Origin: Amoebidium appalachense
Lineage: Eukaryota; Protista; Ichthyosporea
Assembly (NCBI GenBank): GCA_963693365.1
Contig: CAVNZM010000015.1
Coordinates: forward strand, 2,170,001-2,234,000
Length of the DNA stretch: 64,000 bases
Direction of reading: 5' to 3'
The notes under the pieces are model-generated. The model did not search any database, was not told the DNA's origin, and saw nothing but the letters and a program-made list of their open reading frames with translations. Positions 39,160-64,000 of the stretch are shown here, piece by piece (within the stretch, counting starts at the first letter, position 1; every line of letters begins with the position of its first letter). The position numbers were made by a program, and so were the translations under genes.

Positions 39160-41576
39160 GTAGGCCACCCCTCCTTCCATCTCCTTCCATCTCCTCCTCT
39201 CCCCTCTGCTTCTTCGCCCCTTCCGCTTGCCCCCCCCCCCCCCCCCCCCCCCTCCACCCCCCACCCCGCCCCCCACTCGCACACACACACCCTGCCTGCT
39301 TGCACACCTTGCACTTTCAGGTGCATCACCTTGCCCCCTTAGACGTCTCACCGTGCCATCTGTTAGCGCGATTGATTGCACGTGGTCACACGTTGTGGTG
39401 TGTGCCCAAATTAACGGTGATATCTGATTGGTGTATCGTCCACCCACACAGGGGGCTCATCGATGCCTTCCCTGCACTCTCAGACCCAACCCCCCGGCCA
39501 AGCATCAGCCATGGCTTGTTCGTATCCCCCCTCTCCCCCCTCCCCTCCATCCTTCCCCCCCCCCCCCCCCCCCCTCCTTCCTTGCTTCTTCTTTGTGTTT
39601 ATCAAACTGAAACCCTTCCTTTGTGTTTTGAGGCCCAACTCCCCACCCGTACCCGTGTCATCTGGTGCTTTCCTTCTTCTCCCCCCCCCCCCCCCCCCCC
39701 CCCCTCCCTCCCCCCCCCCCCCCCCGTCTCCCTCCCTCCCCCTTGGCCCTACCCCGCCCCCACCCCTCCCCCTCCCTTCTCCTTCCCCCCCCCCCCCCCC
39801 CCCCCTTCACCCCCACGGGGTATGCCTACCTATAATTCCGCCCGTCTGTCTTTGGCCCAAGGCCGATCCACCCGTGTGGGAGGCACTAAACACACTGCTG
39901 TTGATGGGCCACTTAGCTTGCATGCCGAAGGGGGGACAGGTTTAATGGGATATTTCAAATGGTGGAAAAGGGTGGGGAACAGTAGGATTCGGGTCGACGT
40001 CGAGGATTGAGGGTGCTGTTTGTTGCATGTGAAAGACGACATTGTGGGTTGGGTGTGTGTGTGTGCGCGTGCGCGTGCGCTTAAGGGGGGTGGGGGGGGG
40101 GGGGGGTCATTGAAGAATTTCATACTCAATTGTTTTTGTGGGGCCACATCAGATTATCTGGAGGGATCGTGATTTCTAGCCCAGGCTGCCGGCTGCTGCT
40201 TTCCAATCGGGGGCAGGCTGGCTGCACGGGTGACGCCAACACTGTGGACACACGGAGAGGATGGGAGGGTGTGCACACAGTGACTGCTAAATTAGGCGGT
40301 GGGTGTGGTGGGTTCGATTTGTTGGCCTGGACTTCGAGGCTAACGACTGTATGGAGTTCCTCCCCCCCCCACAAGATTTCAAAAGTCTTACTGTCTCACA
40401 CTGCCAATCAGACTGTTGGATCTGGACGGTGTTTTCCCTGGTGGTAGGCGGCAAAGGTTGGGGGGGGGGGAGGGGGGGGGGGGGGGGGGGGGGGGGGGCT
40501 GCATTTACGAAGTTGGAGTGTATGCAGTCGTACAAATATGACAGTAGAGTAGGCATGAATGTATTCCCCTTAGCTGTTTGTGTTTTTGGCCAATCAAAAT
40601 GTTCCTTAAAGCTTTTGGCCGGTAAATATATGTAGACGCCAGCACACCACACAAATGTCGAAGCATGAATGAAATACACCTACACACCACTTAAAGACGT
40701 GTGTATCTATACATGCATATGCTATGATAGTCTTTGGGTATGGTTGGTCATGAATGTGTTGCATGTGTATGGCAGTCAATATACTTAGATTCTCTGTAGT
40801 GTTGCAATGTGGTGATGATAATTGTTACTGCAGATAAATTCCTTATAAGCACCCAGGGCTGTGCCCTCCCTGCATCAATAAAGATTCCTGGCCAAAGGCC
40901 AATACATTTGCTGCAATGGTCATCATCCCAGCATCACGGTAAAATCAAGTTCCTTTCGTGTGAATACTGTACATGTTGGATCGCCCTAGTTGGGGTCATC
41001 TTTGCTCTGTAGCTACCTATACATCTCATGATGTGCACGTGAGGATCCGTGATACCAATGCCTATATGCATATGATATCAGAGCTAGCTCGCGAACAATT
41101 TTTTTTTTTTGTCGGCAAAGTTCGCCTGTACGCACAGCACATGCATGTACAGCGCCTGTAACCTCATGATGCTGCAGTGCACGTGTAAGCTCCTTGTGAA
41201 TCACATAGATGCCACAGTCAAAGGCACATTTCCATAGTGACGATGCAATGCATGCATGTGTCCGCATGGAGCATTGGGCCACTGAGGCTGCTTCCGGCTG
41301 GATGGCAGAGAACAATGCACATGCACATGCACGTGGTAAGATTGGGCGCATGCATGCGCATATGATCGGCCATGGCATGCGCAGAATGTTTGATAATGTT
41401 GCCTTTGGCCCGCGACGGGGAAGGAGGGGTGACAGTTTTGTTTTTGTGCATGCCACACATGCAGTAATCTCGCCTGGCAAAGTAACTGAGTGAAGGATAA
41501 TATCGATGGATATATGAGACGTGGAGGGGCGGACCGGACCGATGGGGAGGACCTCTTTTTTGGTGGTGGTGGTGGT

Positions 41577-41626
<50 letters not shown>

Positions 41627-41758
41627 GTTTAGAATGTGTTGCAGACTGAGTACACGTACGAGTTCAGGTTCACGACGGACAACATAACAAGTGCAGATGA
41701 GTACAGGCAAAAAGTTGTGCATCACAGTAAAGCCCATGATTTTGGCGGAGGAGGTGAA

Positions 41759-41796
<38 letters not shown>

Positions 41797-42377
41797 AGGC
41801 AGGCACATAATCAGGTGCCTGTGAGGGAAAGGAAATCATGGTAGTAACTGGTGCGGAGCCCAGCAACCGAATAAAAACACATTATTATTGTGATTATATG
41901 TGCCCGATTTCACGTGAACTTCGTTGTTTTTCGGTTCACGTCATCGGTAACCGTTGCTTTGGTTTTACACGGACATGTTCATTCTTCATCTGCTATGAAA
42001 TTTACCCAAAATCGTTACCAAAGAGCCAGGAAAAAAAACTGCCACCCCTCACCAACAGCAAAAATCCCGAAATCCCATGTGTCTGCAGTACACACAAACT
42101 CAAATGTGTGCCTAGCAGTAATGCATTCAAACTTCATACTCCAATGTGATGTCTTAAATATCCCAAGTCTTGGTGTGATATCTTGCGGATTCTATTGCTC
42201 CCGAACTAAAAACCCAACTCCCACCCACCCCCCAGCATACTCTTTCTTAACAAGCAGAGCGTGTGCACGTGCATTCCATTCTTTGTTGATGTTTCTACCC
42301 ATGTCCCACCCGTTATGTCCTCTGGCCGCTATCCAACCCAATAGGTACCCGCACCTCCATCCCCCCTGGCACTTAGA

Positions 42378-53807
<11,430 letters not shown>

Positions 53808-54025
53808 ATGCCCGGCACTACGCAGGAGGGGCTGCGGCCGCTGCTGCAGCAGCTGCTTGATGTGCAGTCCGAGCGCGCCATGAATTACATGCTGTTTGAC
53901 AGGTGGGGTGCGTGTGGGTGCAGGGGTGTCTGGGTGTGCGTGCGTGCGTGCGTCCATGCGTGTGTGCGTGTGTACTCGCGTAAGCGTGCGTGCGTGTGTG
54001 TGTGTGCATACTGGGCGGCGGGCGG

Positions 54026-54064
<39 letters not shown>

Positions 54065-55336
54065 GACCTCACTCTCTCCTTTGTCTCTCCATCCCTCCCT
54101 CCCCTTCCCACCTCACCCCTCTCTCCCTCGCTCTCCTCTCTCTCTATCTCCCTCTCTCCTTCTCTCTCTCTTTCACTCTCTCTCGCTCCTCTCTCTCGTC
54201 ATCTACCTCCCCCCTCCCCTCCCACCCTCCCACCCCCCCACACACACACCCTCCCTACCTCCCTCCCCCCTCCCTCCCTCCCCTCTCCCCACCCCCCCCC
54301 CCTCTCTGTGTGCACGTGCGTGTATTGTGTGCATATGTACGTGGGAAACGAGTACTAGTAACACTTGTGCGTGTTTGTGTGTGCACATGTGCATCGTGTG
54401 CATGTGCGCAATCACGGCAGCAGCGGAGGGAGGGGAAGGGGGAGAGGAGGGGAAGGGGGGGGATTCCTCGGGGAGGGAGCGAAGGAGTCTGGTGGAGAAG
54501 GGAGGAACTGGGAGAGAAGGGCGGGATGGGTAACGAGGTTTAGGGAGGCAGGAGGGGTGCAGTACTATGGCGAGTAGCAGGGAAGAGGGGAAGAGGTGTG
54601 CTTGGTATGTGTTTGTGTGCCTGGTGGGCTGGGAAGAAACACTTCTGGACAGGTGCTGCTGGGTCGGTGTTGGTTTTTACTCCCTGGAGCCTTTTAGGGC
54701 TCCTGGTGTCTAGCTGCCAACGGTTTTTGCACGTGCTTGCGTGTGTTACCCACCCTCCCTGTTTATCCCCTCACTAAGTTTATGTAATTTGCTTCTCTGT
54801 CTCCCTGTTTATCCCCTCACTAAGTTTATGTGCTTCTCTGTCTACCTGTTTCTCCCCTCTCTGTGGATAGTTCTGTTGCCCTCCCTTCCTGTTTCCCTCC
54901 TTCCCCCCCCCCCCCCCCCCCCCCCCGCGCCCCCGGTTATAGTCGTATTGTCCTCCCTCACCGTGTTTTCTCACCGTGTGTTTGCTAGGGGCTACCAGGA
55001 GTACTTGGCCACACGGCCCACCTACGACTTTGACACCTACCGGCAGCTGGTGCACCACATCACTGAGAACTTTAACGAGCTGTCACAGAAGGTAGGCGCC
55101 AGAGCCCCCCCCCCCCCCCCCCCCCCTCCCCTCCTTTTTTTTTTTTTTTTTTTGGTGTATGTGCCCCATCTTTCCAACCCTCTAACATATACATCCCCCC
55201 CCCCCCCCCCAGCCCCTTCCAGCCCCTCTCCTCTGTTTCGCTCTTCCCCTCTCTTTTCGGTTTTTCTTTTTCTTTTCTTATTTTTCTTTTCTTCTTCTTC
55301 TACCTTTTTTTTTTTTTTTTTTGTGGTTGTTGTTGT

Positions 55337-55411
<75 letters not shown>

Positions 55412-56935
55412 CTCTTCCCAGCAGCTCCGTCTCCTGAGTTTCTATTCCCCCCCCCCCCCCTGCAATCTGCATTTTGTTGCCCGTTATAAATATGTACTTC
55501 GTGCTCTGTAATACGTTTCAACCCCCCCCCCCCCCCCCCGGCTCTCCTCCCGCCCATTTCACATCAAAAACAAAGCCAGCACGTATGTTACATGGCCACC
55601 AAAGGTTTTGCCAGCCATGTGTGTGTGCACTTACAGGTACTGTGTGCAGGTGATTGAAGTCAAGCAGCAGCTATCCGATATGGGCCGGGCCGATCTGGCT
55701 GAGACGGTGGGCAAGCTGCAGGAGCTGGAGAAGTACAAGCTGCAGCTGGTGCGTTAAGGTGGGGGTATTAAAGATAAAGGGTGGTGGTGGCTGGGTCAAT
55801 GAAAAGGGTGGTGGCTGGGTTAAAGATATGGGGTGGTGGTGAGTGTGCGGACAAAAAAGGATGGTGGCTGGGTTAAAGATAGGGGGCGCGGGGGGAGGGG
55901 GTGGCTGGGTTAAAGATTGAGGGGGTGGGGAGGGGGGGCAGGGGGGGGGTGGCTGGGCTAAATAAAAGGATGACGGTTCAAAAGAAAACAGTATTGTGGT
56001 GGGTGTAGGGATGCAGGGCAGTGGCTGGGTTAAAGATGCAGGTGTCTGTGAATGTGCATGCACGTGGCGTATGGGTTCCCATATGTCTGTGTTTGTGCGC
56101 GCTTGTTTGGTTGTACGTGTGTGTGTAGGTGGGTAGGTGAGGCCATGTGTGTTTGTCTGTGTGTGCATACACGGTGCTGGGGCCTGTGTGTGTCCATGTT
56201 TGTGTGCTTTGCACAGCCAGTGACCATGCACACAGACTGTGGAGCACCAGCTGGCCAGCAAGGAGTATCTGGACGAGGTGCTCCTGACGGACGACAAGCC
56301 CAGAGACATCAAGCGCAGGTACCCACACATGCACACGTGCACACACATCAAGCTCAAGGACATACATCTGTGTACCCTTGCACACACATCAAGCTCAAGG
56401 ACATACATCTGTGTACCCTTGCACACACATCAAGCTCAAGGACATACATCTGTGTACCCTTGCACACACATCAAGCTCAAGGACATACGTCTGTGTACCC
56501 TTGCACACACATCAAGCTCAAGGACATACATCTGTGTACCCTTGCACACACATCAAGCTCAAGGACATACATCTGTGTACCCTTGCACACACATCAAGCT
56601 CAAGGACATACATCTGTGTACCCTTGCACACACATCAAGCTCAAGGACATACGTCTGTGTACCCTTGCACACACATCAAGCTCAAGGACATACGTCTGTG
56701 TACCCTTGCACACACATCAAGCTCAAGGACACACGTCTGTGTACCCTTGCACACACCATTCAAACAAAAGCACCTTACCTATGCCCACTTGCATACGCTC
56801 CTTCTGCCCCAATAGCTATCACATGCATTTAGACGTGCACATGCAAGCCGAAGCACATGGTGCACATGCAAGCACATGGTCGGGGCCACAGACTTTGCTG
56901 GGCTGCTGATCCCTCGGAACACTGCCAATATAAAA

Positions 56936-56975
<40 letters not shown>

Positions 56976-57223
56976 TAATTTGAGGCCGTTGGGGTTTGCC
57001 AATTGTGGAATATATGATAAAATCCCTGGGGAATAGACGTTTACCGCGGAATGCATCTGTTGAGTCCTAACACGGGCACATGGGTGTCCGTTTGTTGCGC
57101 TCATCTAATGGGGTATATGTGTGCTGACGCATGGGGGGGTGCAGGTTGGGGCTGGTGGTGGGCAGCATTGCGCAGCTGGCAGATGAGCTGAAAGATGAGA
57201 TGCCGGAGGGGGACGAGCAATGA
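53808..57223 (+). CDS. REX1BD: REX1-B (required for excision 1-B) domain protein
   Basis: Exons 53808-53902, 54989-55091, 55650-55748, 56236-56318, 57145-57223: LLDVQSERAMNYMLFDRGYQEYLATRPTYDFDTYRQLVHHITENFNELSQKVIEV...LQELEKYKLQLTVEHQL...ELKDEMPEGDEQ*, matching my recollection of the REX1B/C19orf60 pattern (Q-x-ER...Y-L...YDF..YR..VH.IT..F...S). Confidence 0.85.
55411..55521 (+). repeat. Internally deleted copy of the 44600-46088 element
   Basis: GCTCCGTCTCCTGAGTTTCTAT matches the reverse complement of about 44909-44930; TGCAATCTGCATTTTGTTGCCCGTT..TGTACTTCGTGCT..TTCAA matches the pLTR 3' end; followed by a C-run. Confidence 0.75.
56338..56755 (+). repeat. 41-bp minisatellite, 10 copies, intronic
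   Basis: Unit TGCACACACATCAAGCTCAAGGACATAC(A/G)TCTGTGTACCCT recurs every 41 bp (TCAAGCTC at 56348, 56389 ... 56717). Confidence 0.95.
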
Positions 57224-58574
57224 TTGGCTGCCGCAGTCTTCGGTATAGTTTGGTTGGCTGGCCACTCTACAGCCTATTTCATTGGCTGGCACACCTTCTA
57301 CGACACATTTGATTGGCTGGCACACACTCAGGCACTTTTGATTGGCGGAGGCTGTTGCATGTAGCATCATTTGATTGGCTGGCCCAGGCTGCTACGGCAT
57401 GTATGATTAGACTGGATAGCCCACACTGTACGGCACTTTTAATTTGCATCATCTGATTGGCTAGCCGTGGATGTGAACAGTTGGGCACCCACTTCTGACA
57501 CGAATATATGCTATGCAGAATTGTATGGCCCTAATATTAGTGACATGCATTTGGTGTTATGCAAAGCGACTGCAATACACAGTGCGTACACATGTTTACC
57601 TCTTGTTGGAGAGATAGAGGGTGTGGAATGTGCAATTTATGTACATATAGTGTGCACCCCGTGATTATTGTGGGTATGTTTAGATGCACGAATGTGTTTG
57701 CTCTGTAGGTGAGGCACCATGCAGCACAAATATAGCCGGGTTTTACCGAGTGCCTGTTTCCTCTCTTCTTATTATGTATGAGTAACTTACGTACGGGGGC
57801 TCTGTGAAGGGCACGGAGTGCAAGAGTCAGGCTGTGCCTGCTCTGTGCGGTATGTATGTGGTGTGGTAAGCAGGATACTGCCTGGCATATCATAAGTGAT
57901 GTATGGGCGGACAGTGCAGGCAGCAATAAACGATGTACCGAGGCACAACTGTGGAATTGCAACACAGACAGTCGACAGAATGTAATGTGAGATGTTCACA
58001 TCAGTAGTGGCATCAATTGATAGCTATAGGGCCAGAAAATTTTAAACATGGGCCAACAGGACCCGAAGTTTGTATATACATATACATATTAGATACATAT
58101 ATAATATATATCCGTATGTGGCATGACCATATTTGTGAATCACAATGGTACGTTCATCTCAATCGAATGCAAGTAATCTATATTTGGGCTGCAGCTGGAC
58201 GGGCAGATGCGGGACTCGTGATTTGAAATATTTGTCTATGAGCCCAACTATGTATCTGGGCCGCATCCTTACATATGCATGTATCACCACAACAAGTTGC
58301 GAACATGGCCATGATATGTTGCGCGCAAATTTGCGCTTTTTACGTTTGGTGTTATACTGTCTGGACAAACTTGTGTTAATAGAAGTAAGTTTGAGGTGTA
58401 TGCATATGAAAGTGTTGTGTGTGGCCGAGTTGTGTGACAGCGCACTCGTGTGCGCATGTGTCTTGCACGCTGTAGCGTACCTGTACAGGCCTACACAACG
58501 GTACATGCACAGAAACCTTTTTGTCTACACTCAAAAGCAACCACAGCAAGGTGCATGGCCCACTCATTTACGAC

Positions 58575-58618
<44 letters not shown>

Positions 58619-58740
58619 AAAAAAAAAAAAAAAAAGATGAGAAAAGAAAACCCACCCGTTCCAGCCCCCGCAAAATCCCACCAATTTGATTAACCCCATT
58701 CATGCCATATAACACCCACACCACCACCATCCACCCACTA

Positions 58741-61906
<3,166 letters not shown>

Positions 61907-62797
61907 GACTCTGGGGCCGTGGGATGGTGGATGATGGCCAAGAAGGGGAAGAGATAAATGACTTATGGTGCAGTATGAACACTTGCTGAATAACAGGCAA
62001 AAAACAGCGTACTACTACCAAAAATTGCTACGTGTTAATATCTGTGAACTACTTAGTTGGCACCAGCTTCAATTTAGACTTCCAGTAAACTTCTCTCTGT
62101 TTCATTCAGCTCAAGTTGCACGCCTTTGCGACAAAATAATTTTATCCGGCGAACTTCAGCAGCCAGTTATCATATCAAGATCTCTGCGTTAAACTTGCGC
62201 AAGACATAGGAAAAAGCATTATTGCCTTATAAGGCTAAAGTGCAACACTGAAGAGGCTCACATATTTATCATGCTCTTGTATAGCTCATGATAGACTTAT
62301 CTTTGCTCTTAAAAACCAATATAATAATAATAGTAATCTGATAATCGTGTTAAAAAACAGAATACCGCTCAGAGAAACCTTGATTATAACAGTGTTGTAT
62401 AATTGGGAAGGCATTTTGCACTGCTCCAGAAGATAAGATTGAGCCAATCATCTCCTTTTCGCCCGTTACACAGGCTCACCGCCGCTGTTGCGTGCTGCGA
62501 GTGTGCACGCTCATTCGACAGTGAAACATGCAAGTTGTGCAGGTCGGCCTAAGGAGAGTATTGTATAGTCACGCAACGTGTGTGGCCGTCGGCACGCCTA
62601 CCTTCAAGTGAACACAACAAAACAGGCTGCACCTTGCTTATCAGCCTGCCTAGCGAACCCACAGGCCACAGACAGGGCTATACGATCACGACAAAATGAA
62701 ATAAAGTACCACAGCAACCTGCGCGTTTCTTTCCAAAGCTGTTCTTCTCAGTTTCGTTCGCAGATCTGAAATTAAGCCGAACTCACGGGTAGCCACC

Positions 62798-63696
62798 ATG
62801 GCCCCGCGCGATGAGGAGCAGGTCACGGATAGTGTGCGGGATGTTCTGGCCACACCTACCCGCACGTTTCCGGCCCACTGTTATGGCTCAGACACAGGCA
62901 GGAGTTACTGCACTGACCCTCCCCTGCAGCAGCTGTACTGCTCAGAGGAGGCTGACTACTTGGACAGTGTGGACATGGATGCATACTACAGCGCCCATAC
63001 AGGTGCGGCCTGTGCTGATATTTTGGGGGGGAAGGGGTAAGAGATCGAAGGGCCGGCGAGAGTAGAAAGAGCTGGGGCCAGGCTTGTGGGGTAAGAGGCT
63101 GTAGATCCTGCGTTTGATGAGGAATGACAAAACTTACCAGTGGTGTTGATATGCATATAAGCAAGTGTGCACATGTGTTCTGTTGTGCGTGCGCATGCAC
63201 ACACATTCAAGTGTTAGGCGCATCTCTAACGACTGCCCGCAGGACATTTGCTAAGGGATGTGGCTCTAATAGGCGAATATTCCGTATAGGGCAGCACTGG
63301 GGCTCAGACACCTGGTACGATGCAGCATACATACCACCGCAGCCGCAGAGGCTGAACTTCGGCCCACCCTCCCCCCCACACCCACAACCTTTGTCTGCAC
63401 GTGCACCGTCACCCCCCTCCCAGCACCATTGGGCCACCTATAGCAGCCAGCACGCCCACACGTACCAGACAGACGACACCGCCACTCTAGCCGAACTGTG
63501 TGGGCCAGCCACCCTGCCACGGCCGCTACCCAACCCACCAGCCAGCCAGACCACACCACTGAAGGCAAAGGCACAGCGAAAGAGATCCAGCGAGGAGGCT
63601 GGGGCCAAAAGGGTGGTCAGGCGCAGGTCGGAGGGCACACGGCCAGACAAGGTGCAGGTGGAGAGGGGACTGAAGGCACTGGCCCAGCAGCAGCAG
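62798..63696 (+). CDS. Hypothetical protein, first two exons (continues past window)
   Basis: GCCACCATGG start context. Exons 62798-63002 and 63290-63696 are phase-compatible; basic NLS-like stretch KAKAQRKRSSEEAGAKRVVRRRS. No family recognised. Confidence 0.6.
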
Positions 63697-64000
63697 GTTG
63701 GGGGGGGGGGGGGGGGGGGGGGGCACACAGCAGGGGAAATAATGGTGCTGGTTCTTGTTGCAGGCCAGGTGGGCCACGTGTGCAGCCACACCCACACACT
63801 TGGACTGTGCATGTAGGCAGGGAGGAGAAAGGGATTGCCTAAATGTGGCATATATTTCTGTATAATCATACATAAGAGCATAAATTTATCAATATTTACT
63901 TCATATATTCATATATATTCACGTATATTCATATCTATTTTGTGTGTGTATATACTCATGTTTATTCATTTATGCTTAATGCGTGCGGGTGACCCCTGAG

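Noticed and set aside
56338-56755. CRISPR-like regular array
   Set aside because: Units are head-to-tail with no unique spacers, in a eukaryotic intron with no cas genes.

Overview
Eukaryotic genomic DNA, gene-dense and intron-rich, with introns full of (CA)n/(GT)n microsatellites and long poly(G)/poly(C) runs; most entries in the ORF track are low-complexity artefacts. Splicing by eye at GT-AG sites gives nine genes: the 3' part of V-ATPase subunit d (+), a hidden 5-exon TM/coiled-coil gene (-), an alpha/beta hydrolase (+), a prolyl 4-hydroxylase (+), a PX-domain protein (+), UBC9 (-), a REX1B-domain protein (+), a histidine phosphatase (-) and the start of an unknown gene (+). The main accessory content is in UBC9 introns: an intact Penelope-like retroelement ORF with permuted order (N-terminal GIY-YIG, CxC linker, RT; Chlamys/Naiad type), an adjacent non-coding element with identical 180-bp pseudo-LTRs, a duplicated candidate structured-RNA motif, and a TA-flanked MITE. 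Diverged fragments of the same pseudo-LTR recur about eight more times across the window, with their 3' ends nearly always against a C-run, suggesting a poly(C)-targeting retroelement system. All gene models and alignments were made manually without tools.
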